Shown here: in pieces, positions 11,601-24,044 of the stretch
Layout: each line of letters starts with the position of its first letter
Position numbering within the stretch: position 1 is the first letter of the stretch
From: Protoeuglena noctilucae
Lineage: Eukaryota
Length of the DNA: 64,000 bases
Reading direction: 5' to 3'
NCBI GenBank assembly: GCA_958009085.1
Contig: OY253684.1
Location: 310,001 to 374,000, forward strand
The notes under the pieces: model-generated
Told to the model about the DNA's origin: nothing
Databases searched by the model: none
What the model saw: the letters and a program-made list of their open reading frames with translations, nothing else
Position numbers and translations under genes: made by a program

Positions 11601-14600
11601 CGAGCCTCCACCTGGCCTGCGGTGGGTGCAGGGGCACGAGCGGGGGTGTAAATCAAACACCAACCTCATGCATGCATGCAAGGGCCTTGTGCAATGGTGC
11701 TTCGTTTGGCGCACCTGTGCTGGGGTCGGTGTAAGCCCCCACGCACTGGGCATGCGTGTCTACTGACGTGTCGTTGCAGGAGTAGAACTTGCCGGAGAAG
11801 AGCGACACGCCCAGGATGCCGAAAATGACGAAGAAGAGGACGAGGATGACGGAGACGTTGCCCATGGCGGCCAGGGACTGCGGGGCAGGGGATGGCGAGA
11901 AGTGGGGTGCGCTGCCACGGGCTCTGCGGCTTGCTTGTTGTTTGTTTGAAGCGCTCGCTCCCATTGGGTCGGGTTAGGGTAGGGTACGCATGCGCTCTGT
12001 TGCCCAGGTCCGGCTGGTGGGCACTCCATGGTCCCAGGCTCACCAGCAGGATGGAGCGGAGCACCAGCTGCATGCCCGCACTGCGCGTAATGGCCCGCAG
12101 AGGCTTAATGGCCCTCAGCACACGCAGGGCGCGGACGAACTGGATTTTGCCCGCCACGGCCTGGAGGCTGAGGGTGAGGACGCTGGTGGCGACGATGGTG
12201 GCGTCGACGGCGCTGGGGAGGTGCTTGAGGTACTGGAGAGGCGTAAAGGCCGTCATCTTGACGAGCATCTCAATCCCAAAGAGCGCCGTGAACCCGACAT
12301 CGGACCACTGCAGGATCTTGCCCAAGAGCGACTCCGAGGGGAGCGTCGGGCGCTCGAGCGTCATCATCGCGCAGTTGGCAATAATCACAGCAAACATGAA
12401 CAGCTCGAGGGCCCGGGAGGTGGCGAGGGCGTAGCACTGCCGACGGAAGGCGTTGTCGGTGGACAGGAGGCCCCAGGCGCGGCCCTGGAAGACGAGGTGT
12501 GTGGCAATGGGCCGCGCCCTGCGCTGGCGGAGGCCCCTGGCGATGCGCGCCGCTCCGGACGAGGACATGCGGGACGACGAGACCTCGCTCCCGCTCACGG
12601 AGCCCCAGTCGTCGTACACCTCGGCACCCTGCGAGGGCCCGAAAAGAGCGAGCGCGTTGCAGGACGCGCCTTGCCATCCGTGGGACTGCCACTGACTGTG
12701 AGACAAGTGAAACAATCACATGCGGGATGGGACACCAACAAAGATACACCAGGCCCCGATTCCTGGCTGGCCCTCACCTCCATCGCCAGCAAGTCCAGCT
12801 CCTCCACATCCCCGCCAAGCGACGGGTCGTAGCTGGGCCGGGGCTTGCGCACGGGCCCGTCCCCACCTCCTCCCTCGCCCCCGCCCACGTCAGGAGCGAC
12901 GCGCACCGACCGCCGTTTGCTGGCCTCCTCCACTCCCTCGTCCTCGAACCGCGCTCCCTTGCTCACGCGCGCAGGGCCCACCGCGTTCCCGCCCCCCGAC
13001 ACCCGGACCCCAGGCCGCCCCTCCTGCAACTGCCCGCGCCCACTCACCGCCCCGGTTGCTGCCTCTATGGCCTCCGCCACAGGTCCTGGCTCCTGAAAGA
13101 CCCTTGCAGAGGAGCCAGCGCCGCTCCGTGGCGACTGAGCCAGGCCCCACCCGCCCGCAATGGCCCTCGCACGACTGGACCATGGGCCGACCTCCTGCGC
13201 AAAACGCGGCAGCTCCGGCCCGGACCTCCGCCCCACGACAGCGTCTGCCCCGCCCGCGTCCCAGCGCTCCCCCATTGAAGCGCCCCGCTCGCCTGGTGCC
13301 CCGCGGTGGGTCCCCGACCACGGCACCCGCCCGTCGGGCTCAGACCCATCAAACGGCGCGCCATGCTCCTCTTGAAGCGAGGGACGCAGGGACACGGACC
13401 GCCGCGCGCCCCACAGAGGGAGGGGGCTCTCACGGAGCGACGACGACCGCGACATGCGGCCGAGCACCCGGGGGGTGCCTGGGACCGACTCGCCACCCAT
13501 CGACGAGCGCGGGCTGCCGTAGGCCGACCGGGCCGGCGAGAGGGGCGGGAAGGTTGCGCCGGGGGCATGCTGGGTCAGCACGGGGCTGCGCAGCGAGGGC
13601 GCGGGCCAGGCGGACTCTGCGACGGGGCCCGGGGGCACTGCAAGGGGCCGGAGCACGAAGCGGCCGCTGAGGGTCGCGGGGGCCGGCGCGGTGTTTCCGG
13701 GCTGCGGCGGGCCCAGAGTGCGGCGGGCCAGGGGGGGCGGCAGGATCCCCGGGGAGGCGTTGGGCGCGGGGCTGGCCGCGCCGCTGGCGAACCGGGAGCG
13801 CTGGATGGGCGCGGCGGACGCATCACGCTCGGTCCCTGCCGTGACGCGTCGGGAGCCGGGTCGCTGTCCGGGTCGGAAGGGCGCCACCCCGTCGGCTTCC
13901 TTAGCCGAAGCGTTCGGCGGCGACACGTCCGACTCGCCCTCGCTGCTGATGTGCCCTGGCCCGGCCGACTGGCGCCTCGAACCCGAGCCCAGGCGCGACC
14001 GCCCCTGCTTGCGCCCGCCGCGCTTCTTCCTCGCAACCAACTTGAGCTCCTTCGCCGTCTGCAAACGCACGCGGGTTGGTGATCGCAACTTTTGACGCTG
14101 ACACGCACGTCTGCGCTGGCTGCCTTGTTAGAGCACGTTGCAGAGCGCAGGTCCGCACCTGCATGTCGTATTTGGACTCGAACGCCTCCATGATGACGGC
14201 GAGGAAGAGGGACAGGAGCACGAAGTTGCCGAGGACCACCCACGTGACGAAGTAGAGGCAGGAGGCCCACCCGAGACGGTTTACATACGCGAACATAATC
14301 ATATTCCAGTTCTCCAGCGTCAGGAGCTGCGGGCGGCACGCATTGGGTCACATTCTGGTTCTGTGGCACGCGCGGGGAGCGGAGCGTCGCGCCTGATCAT
14401 TCGCACCCTCAGAGGTCCCCACCGGCCGTCACCTGGAAGGAGGTGCGCAGGGCGTCGATGAACGTGTTGAAATTGGCCCCGTCTGCCATGTCCGCGTCGA
14501 GCCCATCAAACACGATTGTGCCGAACACGTGCAGGCCCACGATGCAGAAGACGAGCATCAGGAGGATGATCAGGAACGTGATGGCGAAGAACGTGCTGGC

Positions 14601-17600
14601 GCTCTTGACCAGCACCTCGCCGACCTTCTGCAGCGACCTGAGGTACTTGAACATCTTGAGGACCCGCAGAGCCCGGAGAGACCGCAGCGCTCGCAGGGAG
14701 CGCAGGGACGCGAAGGCCCCTCCGCCCGACAGCGCCACGATGTCGACGAGCGAGAGCGTGACGATGGCCAGGTCGAAGAGGTTGAAGCCATCGGCGACGA
14801 ACTCCCAGAAGCCGAGTGCGGCGATTTTGAGGGTGACCTCAAGGGTGAAGGCGGCCGTGAGGGCGATGTTGATGTTGTCGAGGGCCCGCGTCATGGACGC
14901 GGGCTGGCCGTCGTACTGCAGCGCCATCGCGATCGTGTTGAGGAACACGAGCGTCAGGAAGAGGCTCGAGAACCACGCGCTGTCCGTGATGCGCAGCAGG
15001 AAGAGGCGGACGCGCAGCCATCCCCGGCGCAGCGCGTGAGGCTCCATCTCCATCTGCAGGCAAAGCAGGGCGCCGTGTCAGGCACTTGCTCATATGTCGG
15101 GACGCCGGTGGTGGCTGGCACGGCAGGCGAGAGAGCAAAGAGGAGGAGAAAGGCACTTGCTTATATGGCGGGGCGCGGGTGGTGGCTGGTGCGGCACCAG
15201 GTGAGAGAACAGAGAGGCGTAAGACCCAGCACCGCTCCTGGCTGCGCTCTGCAGCTGCGCTCACCTGCATGACGAGCTTCTGCTCGCGGATGGCAGCGCG
15301 CTGGTCTTCCGTGAGGTTGGCCATGGACGTGGCGCCGCTCGCGACCGAGGACTCGGACATGAAGGACGCCGCGCTGCCCTCCAAGACGAGGTCCTGCCCC
15401 TGCATGTGCAAGGGAGACGACCAGGTCACGCACACGGGGTAGAAGACCAGGGTGCAGGGCCCCGCACGCTGGATGTACGCTGTAGGGGACAGGTCGACGC
15501 TACAAGCCCACTGCCAGCCTCACCTTGTCCTTGCGGCGCTGGATCCAGTTGGCTGCGCCCGCGCGCATCCGTCCCAGCGCCGCAGCCATCGTCGAGTGCT
15601 TGGCCTTCTTGCGCTCCGCCTTGAGTGCCTCCGTGTACAGCGTCTGGGTGCGGCTGTACGAGAGCTTGGTGCCGGCGAGGAAGAGGTTGAGGCCGATGAA
15701 GCACCCGATAAGCATCAGGACCACGAACCAGAGGCTGGCGGCGTAGGAGGTGGCGTCGATGACGCGGTACATGATGAAGGACCAGGAGCCGCGCGTGATG
15801 ACCTGCGAGCAAGTGCTCCTGTTCTTGTAAGCCTGAGACACTCCACGACCTCACCGCTCCACCAGTTGCTGCGATGTTAGTCCGAGCGCCATCTGTCGCA
15901 ACCACACCTGGAAGACGGAGAGGAAGGCCGTGCCGAGGTTGTCGAAGCCCGACGTGGCCTGCCCGCGCCCCACGGTGCGGTACTGGCACACGGGGAAGTC
16001 GGCCGGGCACTTGCGTCGCCCGCAGCCGAACTCGTCCGGGGACGGGCCCGAGGAGAGCTCGTACTGCCCCGTGGCGGGGTCGTAGCACTGGTGGTGGTAG
16101 GCGCTTTGGAACAGGCTGAGGCTGCTGATGGCGAAGAGCAGCAGCACGAACACGATGGTCGCGGAGACGTTGCCGAGGACGGGCAAGCTGTCGATGAAGG
16201 CCACGACCACGACGCGCAGCGAGGGGAAGCGCGAGATGGTGCGCAGGGGTCGCAGGGCCCGGAGCGCGCGCAGGGCCCGCAAGGACTGGGTGCTGCTCTG
16301 CACGGGCAGGAAGCTCGTGTAGCCGGCGAAGACCATGAGGAAGTCGAAGATGTTCCACGGCTGGGCCAGGTACTGCGTCAGCGAGCCGTGGTAGAGGAGG
16401 CGGAGGAGCATCTCGAGGGAGAAGGCCGCATTGAGCGCCAGCTCTGCCGTATCCAGGTTGCGGTTCCACGCAGCCCCGTCGCCGAGCATCGGACGATACA
16501 GCGCCAGGGTGAGGCAGTTGGCTCCAATGAGCAGAATGACGGCGAGCTCGAAGTCGGGGTGCGCGACGAGGGCTTGGACCGCACGGACCAGGCGGTTGCT
16601 CTGCTTGGCCGCGGCCTGGCCGGGCGCAATAGCGGCCACGCCGATCAACTCCAGGAGGTCTTTACCCGTGCGAGCTTTGGCCCTCTCGTTGGCGACCAGA
16701 AGCTCTGCCAACTCCAGCTTGGCGGCGTCCGAGGCTGGCACGCCCAGGCCCACGCCCACGCCCACCACGCCCACGGTCGCGGCTGGTGGTGCCGGTGCCA
16801 CTTGGTTCCCGAAAGCCACGGGAGGTGACACGAGCTGCGCGTCGCTCTTCGCTCCCTGGACCTCCCCGTGCATGGTCACAGGGCCCTCGTGGGCGCCCGC
16901 GTCGGCCGCGGCCAGGCTGCGCGAGACGTTGCACAGACGGGAGGCCTTGCCCGGGGGCGCGCCAAGGCCGGCGGGCGAGAAGGGCGTGACGGTTGATGGC
17001 ACGGCCGGCGCGATCTGCGCGGAGCGAGGTGCGGGAGGTGAGGTCACTGTGGCTGGTGGTGTGGGCGTGTCAGCGCTGCATGCAAGGGGCCTGCAGCTCA
17101 GCGGCGCACGCACCAGGGGCACCGCCTCTGGCTCCAGATCCTCGGGCAGCGGGGCTGTCAGTGCGTCCGCAGGCGGAGGAGCTGCAAATTCGTCAGCTGC
17201 CTTCTTGCCCAGGTCGAACCGTCCTGAAGACGACGACAGCAGAGGGCCCCCGGGGGACAATCGGAAGGAGGGGCCTCGGGACTTGTTCCACCTGACCAAC
17301 GTCGGGACTTGCTCGGCGGCCTCCTCCTGCACGTCGGACGGGAAGCCAGGCTCCGCCCTCGGCCCGGCATCCTCGTCCTCTGGCTCAGGGAGCTCGTCGT
17401 CCTCCACCCGGAGCGTGGCCGACTCGGTGGGCAGGCCCTTCCCGTCATACGTTGCCGGGCCGTAAGCCTGCACGGCCACGACACGGTGAGGCCTTGAGGC
17501 GGTGGCCCACGGCCCTCGTGCCACTGTCCCAACAGTCTACCATCGCGGATTGCGGTGCCCTAACTCGCACGGCACCTGGGAGGGCGTTTCTCCGTCGCCC

Positions 17601-18056
17601 AGCGCGGGGAGAACGGGAACGTCGACGCTGACATGTTGTTGTTCCCCTTCGTGTCGTTCCGGCGGGTCCGCCTCAAAGAGCCCCGAAGCGTCGTCCTCCC
17701 CAACGGACGCGGATGGGTCAGGGCGTGACCTTGGCCGCGTCCGTGGGGAAGGAGACGGCGGTCCTTGATCAGAGTTGCCACCTTTGCTAGTCCTGGAGGT
17801 GCGACGGGCGAGACGGGGGTGCAGTCGGCCTCCGCGAGCCCGCACCAGAGCAAGGGCACACGCAACGGCTGCTCGGCGACGAGGGACCCGCTGCTCACCT
17901 ACGGCCGTGCGCGCTCGTCTGATCCGCGCCGGAATCAGCGGTGGAGGTTGGAGCCTGTGCCGTCCGCCGGGAGCGAGCGCGGGGCTCCAGGCGCTGCGTG
18001 TAGATGTTGCGGAGCGCGCGCCCCCCGGGGCCCCGCTCCGGAGCCGAGGCCACCAT
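8624..18056 (-). CDS. Four-domain voltage-gated Ca2+/Na+ channel alpha subunit (about 20 exons; last exon uncertain)
   Basis: Four S4 sensors (LRALRALRALRPLRTISR; LRSLRALRSLRALRVLK; VRALRVLRAIKPLRAITR; IRILRVLRLARMIRLVKR). Four pore loops (FQVITRGSW, FQLLTLENW, FVVSSMDGY, FRCATVDSW). C-terminal EF-hand-like FIAKWARYDDGSGAI...LGPPLG and IQ-like VQKRWR. Confidence 0.95.
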
Positions 18057-18421
18057 GCCGTCAAGTCATACGGCCGCAGGTCTACGAAGTGCGCCGCGAT
18101 GCGAGGCGGCAACGCTTCACGTTTCCAGGCTGCGCGTCAGAAGCCCCCTGGAACCGCAGCGTCGGCACCCCACGCGGCCACGCGCCTCCCCAAAGTCGGG
18201 AGGACGGATCCAGTCAGCCAAGCGAGATGGGCGGGGGTCCTTGGTCTAGGTTCGCGTTAGCCCTGCGAGATATCGCCGATGCATTTGACCGCGATGGGCG
18301 CCGCGCCAAGGTCCTCAACGCGGTCGAGAAACTCACAGAAGCACCGAATCTGCATGTTTGGCGGCACGCGCACGCCCTATCCCCGCGCCGAGCCCCGTCA
18401 TGCATCCGGCTCTGACGCGCG

Positions 18422-19706
18422 CTAGTGCCGACCAAATCGACGATCTCGTCTCCGGTAATCGTCAAACGCGCGATGCAAGTCCTCCTCCGTGAAGTCGGGC
18501 CTGCAGCGGTGGGCGCATCTCGAGATTTGTGCCAGCGCTCTGCCCAGCGCTCGCGTGCAGTGCCTCCTGCGCGTCTCACCAGAAGCGATCAGAAAACCAC
18601 AGCTCCGCGTAGGCCGCCTCCCATAGCAGAAAGTTGGAGAGGCGCCTCTCCCCCGACGTCCGGATTAGCAGGTCGACGTCGCCACCCTGCAACGAGGGGT
18701 CGCGATGGTGCTCACCGCTCGCGGCTCGCGCATGCCGCAGAGCTCTCTGACGCGTCCCTCACCTCGGAGGTCGACATCTGCCACTTGAGCGTGTCCTCGT
18801 CGATGTCACTCGGATCGAGCTCCCCAGCCCTGCAGCGCGCTGCCAGCGCCCGTGCCGCCGCGGCGATGTCTTCTCGGGCGCCGTAGGATATTGCGACGGT
18901 CAGCAGCATGCGCTTGCCGCTCGCAGTCGCCGCTTCCGTCACCCGCATTGCCTGCCGAAGTGTCGCGGGCACGCGGTCGTGCCCGCCTGCAAACTTCACC
19001 CTCACGCCCTGCTCCACCAGCTCCTGCGTGCGCTCCTGTAGCGTGCGCTCCATCAGACGGAGAATGGCCGCGACCTCCCCCGGGCTCCGAGCCCAGTTCT
19101 GCGGGGCAGCGCGTGCCATCACCTTGGCGGGGCTGGGCAGACGCGGTCCAGCGCGCCGCATCGCCAGAGGCGGGCTATCCGCTCAATATCGCGCCCCTCA
19201 CCTCTGTGCTGAACGCAAATACCGTCAAGGCTTTTACGCCGGCTCCAGCGCAAGCCCGGACCACTGCCTGCAGCGTGTGCACGCCTGCTTCGTGCCCCTC
19301 CTGCGGGCGCAGCAGCCGAGCTTCGCCGAAAGACAGTCACGAGGTCCACGGCAGGTTCAGCAGACGACGCGCCACGCTGCATCACCGCCATCGCCCGGCC
19401 CACCTGCACCGCCATGCCCCTCTGTGTTGCCCACCGACTGTTGCCGTCCATGATAATGCCCACGTGGCGCGGGACGACGAGATGTTTCCTCGGGTCCGCG
19501 TGCTGGGCCGCCGACGAGAACGTCTCCCTCGCGGCTCTCGTGGGCGCGGGGCAGGCTCGTCGGGCCGGTGCAGCGTGGTCTCCCCAGGGATTCCAGCCTA
19601 GTTGGCGGTACGATTTCGCAAACCCAGCAGCCATCTGCCTGGGGAAAGGGGGCACGTCGGAGAACACCCGCCCGCAGCCGCAGGAGGGGCGGTGACGCGC
19701 CGCCAT
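18422..19706 (-). CDS. cis-prenyltransferase (undecaprenyl/dehydrodolichyl diphosphate synthase family), 5 exons
   Basis: [73 protein letters not shown] and C-terminal RDRRFG. Confidence 0.93.
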
Positions 19707-20370
19707 GGCCTTCAACGACCCCTCCGCACCGCGCCAGGCATCACAGGTTCGTGGCCGGCAGCCTGGCTTATTGGTTTGAAGCAATGCAGCCGGAGGCCCC
19801 TACCGTGGCGCTCGTCCCGCTTCGCTTTCGGGTTGCCCTGGTCAGACAGAGCTGCTCCCGAGCTGTCGGACGAAGAATTCGAAAGCGAGCTCCTCCCCCG
19901 TCGATGCGTCGTCTCCCAGTGGTTGTTTGTCTCTTCTGGACCTCGCGTGCATGTCGTGACGAGGATGGGCCCGAGGTGCGGAGCGGCTGGTGCTGGCCGG
20001 CGCCGCCCGTGCTGTCGTTTGTCGCAAGCGCGTCGTTTCTGATTTCATGAATGTGCATCGGACACGCGGCTGCATCCGCCTGGCAGGCTTCGTCGCCCGG
20101 ATCCGCGCTTCCGCGAGGCCGTTGTTGCTGCCCCCCGCGACGGCCCCGAAGCGTTCTCGCCGCAGGATTACGCCCACCACGCAGCTGTCCAACGCGTTAG
20201 GATCCATCCGCCTCGACTCGCGCGGACATGGGGCCGGGGGCGACGCAGGGCAGGAGCAGGTGGGGCCAGCAGGGTGGGGCTGCGCGCTGGTCCGTGCTGG
20301 GCCACCCGGGCGCGCCCGAGGTCCACGGTTGTGCCCCCCTCGCTCTCCTGGATCGCAGAATGCTGCAGAA

Positions 20371-23300
20371 ATGTACCGGTACCCATCGGGCGTCCTCTGC
20401 ATGCCCGACGACGGCTTTGCAGTGCCGGGCGCCTTCTTCACCCAGGAGGCCGGGACGCAGGACTTCGTGACGCCCAGGTGAGCTGAGTCAACAGCGGACA
20501 CTTTCGTCCGACGCACGGTGATGCCGACACTCGCTGCCCTTGTGTTCCCGGCTGCCGTGAACCACACGTGCTTCGGTGCACCGGCCGGACCCCACAACCG
20601 GCGTTTCCCGGACCCCGCAGGGACGCCATGATGGAATCTATCTTCTCCCAGCGGACCAACTCTTCCCAGGGCGCGGGACCCTCCATGCCCGGCTTCCCCA
20701 CGACCTTTGCCTTTGGCCCTGACGGCCTGCCCCTCATGCCCCCCGCCCCGCCTCGGCCCGCCGGGGCAGCCAAGCGCCCGGAGATATCCCCACGGCAGGT
20801 CCCGCCTCCGCCCACGAAGCGTCACCGCGCCCTGACCAAGCCCCTGCCCTTCCTCGCCCCGGGCGACGCATGCGGGCCCCCGGAGGTCACCCCCCCGGGG
20901 TCCCCCTCTGGCAGCCAGGCCGGGCCAGAGCCCGCGTCTCCGAGTCTTGCGTGCCGGGAGCCCTCCCCGGACACCTCGGACACCAGCGGCAGTGGCACGG
21001 GGCGGCTGCGGGACCCGGGGCCCGCCCCCACCTCCCACGGCGGGCCCCGCCCGGCCCACGCGCACCCTCCCGCGGGCGACATGGCCCCGCCCCCGCCCCG
21101 CGCCGCCGCCGAGGCCTCCGCTTCCTTCCGCGTCTCCGGGCTCCGAGGCCCCCCCGGGCGCCAGATCCGCCGCATGTCGGCAGCGATGTCGCCACCGGTC
21201 CTGCGCAACGCGTACGTCTCTGGAGATCTGGGGGACTCGACTGACCTCGAGCTCATGCTCCGGCAGGCGAGCAGGGCCACGGTTCGGCAGGGCTTCCGTC
21301 ACACGGCACAGGCCCCGCACCGGGCGAGTGTGGAGCTATCCCTCTGGCTCACTTCCTACCTGAGCATCGCCCGTCCCCACCTCCTCTCGCAGGTGGGGTC
21401 CTCCGTGGGTCTCCAGGGTTTCCGCCGTCGCTTCAAGCAGGTCGAGGTGCTGGGGAAGGGGTCGTTTGGGGTCGTGCACCGCGTCGTCGACCGCCTGACG
21501 GGCTTCGAGTACGCGGTTAAGGAGCAGCTGCGACGAGTCGAGAGCGTGGCGCTGCTGCGGTGAGCCGGGACCTCGCGGGGGGTGGGCGTGGCTCGGGACA
21601 GGCCTCGCAGGAGACACACAAGGCGACCCTGGGACGTGCAAGTGCCATGCCGGGGCTGCAATGTGCTGCGTCCGGTCGTCGTCGCCGCAGGGAGCAGGTG
21701 CTGGAGGTGCAGGCTCACCAGGCGGCCGGGGCCCACCTTAACGTGGTGCGCCTCTTCTCGGCCTGGGTGGAGGACTCGCGCATCTTCACGCAGATGGAGC
21801 TCTGCGAGGGGTCCCTGGCCGGGTCCGTGCCGCGGGGGAAGGGCCTGGACGCGCGGCGGACGATGCAGGTGAGGATTGCGGTGGGGCATGCCCAGATCCG
21901 GCACGGAGGGTACCGCTGGGGACGTGCGTGAGGGACACGACACCTCGCACGGGAGACCAACGAACGCACGCACAGTCGCGATCAGCAGGCTTGTTGGAGC
22001 GTGTTCGTCCTTTGAGCTGCATGCCCACTCTCGGCTCACCCAGGTGTACAAGGACGTGTCGCGTGCCCTGCGGCACCTGCACGCCATGGGCATCGCGCAC
22101 CTGGACGTGAAGCCGGAAAACATTTACCTTGGCCGGCGGGGGCAAGATGGCGCGGACGGCGCGAGGGAGTGCTACAAGCTCGGGGACTTTGGGATGGCCA
22201 CACGGGTACCCCTGGTGCCCGGCGTGCCACTGAAGGATGGCGACGCGCGGTACATGTCACCCGAGCAGTTCCGGGAGGGCCTCGCTCATCCCGACCGCGC
22301 CGACATGTGGGCCCTGGGGGCGTCGCTTCTGGAGGTGCACACGGGGCGTGCGCTGCCCAAAACGGGACCCGAGTACCACCGCCTGCGGTGAGGCGGCCAT
22401 GCGGGTGGCAGCCAGCCATCGCACGAAACAGTGCCAGCGTCGCTGCTTGGGGCGGGATGCCCTCTTGGCTGCCCACATTGCCCCGCCACCCCTTTGTCGC
22501 AGGAACGGCGACGTGATGGGCGTGATCAACGCGCTGCTGTTCGCAGGGCCGAAGCTGAAGGCCGTGCTGCGTGGCCTGCTGGACCCGAACCCCGAGAAGC
22601 GGCAGTGGGTTTTCGTGAAGGACGAAGCTGGGGTGGGAAACATGGGGCGACCTGCAGAGCGGGCGGGGGTGCGGGCGCCGGCAGCAGCTGCTGTGGGGGA
22701 CGAGGAGGTGAGTCAGCGGTGGTGATGCGGCACGGGTTGTGGATGGCGAGGTGAGGGCTGTCTCCTGACCTTCTCCTCGCCCTTGGGGTTCCCCCAGGAG
22801 GACGCGATTGAGGTGGACACTCCCGGCAAGGCCAGCGACCATGCGACGCCGTCGACGGCGGACGACCAGACGCCGATCGGGGCGCCGCTCGTGGCGGGGT
22901 CGGACGCGGCCGCGCGGCTGGCGCAGGTGGCGGCTGCCGTGGACCCTTCGGTCGCCGCGGCCTTCCTGCAGCTGGCCGGGTGCGCGGCGGGGACCGACGG
23001 GCAAGCGGACGCGCTCCGGCGGGCGCTGGAGTCCGCGCTGCGCCAGGCGACGCGCGCGATGCAGCGGGGCAAGCGGTCCGCTGGCTCGGACGCGGGCCCG
23101 GGCCTCTCGTCGGCGACGTCACCAGACGACGACCGGACGGGCCCGGTCGCGTACGTGCTGCGGGACGTGGGGCTGGAGCGGACCAAGCGGGTGATGCCGG
23201 GAGAGGGCGGGGACGCGACGCCGTTCCCGGCCCGGGACCTGTTGTTCCGGGAGGGCGCCCCGGCCGTGACGCCCGCGGGGGCGGTGGCCAGGGACCTGTC

Positions 23301-23508
23301 GTTCTCGGGCCTGTCGGACAGCCCCTTCGCGTACATGCAGGCGCAGGCGCCCGAGGGACTTGGCAGCGCAGGTGAGGCGGTGCGATCGCTTGACGTCACG
23401 GTTGGGGCGGCGGTGGTGTGGCCGTCGGGGTAGCAACCTCTCGCGTCTCTTCTCCCCGCAGTCAGGACCTTCGAGCTCGGCGGGGAGGGGTCGCCGCTGG
23501 AGACGTGA
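20371..23508 (+). CDS. WEE1: WEE1-like protein kinase, multi-exon
   Basis: LGKGSFGVV, YAVKE, AWVEDSRIFTQMELCEGSL, HLDVKPENI, YKLGDFGMAT, DGDARYM, ADMWALG and LPKTGPEYHRLR|NG. The N-terminal TQDFVTP resembles plant WEE1. Confidence 0.85.
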
Positions 23509-23786
23509 GGCGCGGCTGGGATGGTGATTTGCAGACCCTGAAGTGTGATCGTGCTGCGCAAGCACATGTGACGACTCCCCCGCGACGCGGGTGCCCCTGC
23601 GTCCAGCGTAGATCAATATACTTTTCAGAGCCAGCGAGATGCTGTATGTGAGGGAAGCCCTGACATGTCTGGCATGTCTGGCGCTAGAGCCACGCGCTGT
23701 GAAGACAGAGAGCCAACCGCGTGCAACTGAGCATCCTGTCGATCGCGAATCGTGCTTTATCGACCTGCATCACAGGGGCGCGTCGT

Positions 23787-24044
23787 ATGTCCGTCGTTTC
23801 TGGCCTTGTGCGCGCGGCGAAGGCCGCGGTGGGTGAAGTGGCGAAGACGGGCCCATTGAGGAGGGCGCGGGGGGCCGTGCAGGTCGCGTTGGAGGAGGCG
23901 CAAGTAGTTGTCGATACGCTGTTCCCCGGCCCGCCTCTCCCGCCCTCCGGGCCCCAACCCGAGCACGAACGCCTGGGAAGGGCTCGGGAGCTCGTCGCGC
24001 GGGCGCAGGAGCGATGGCAGCAACAGCAGCAGAGAGGCCGCTGA
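23787..24044 (+). CDS. Hypothetical 85-aa ORF overlapping the start of the DUF6816 gene (candidate upstream cistron)
   Basis: ATG at 23787, stop at 24042-24044, protein-like helical composition, no ATG in any frame between 23790 and 24013. Confidence 0.35.
   Translation: MSVVSGLVRAAKAAVGEVAKTGPLRRARGAVQVALEEAQVVVDTLFPGPPLPPSGPQPEHERLGRARELVARAQERWQQQQQRGR

Noticed and set aside
18226..18415. Small plus-strand ORF (MGGGPWSRFALALRDIADAF...) between the channel and the cis-prenyltransferase
   Set aside because: It has no recognisable motif and lies antisense to the expected 3' UTR and promoter space, so it cannot be supported.
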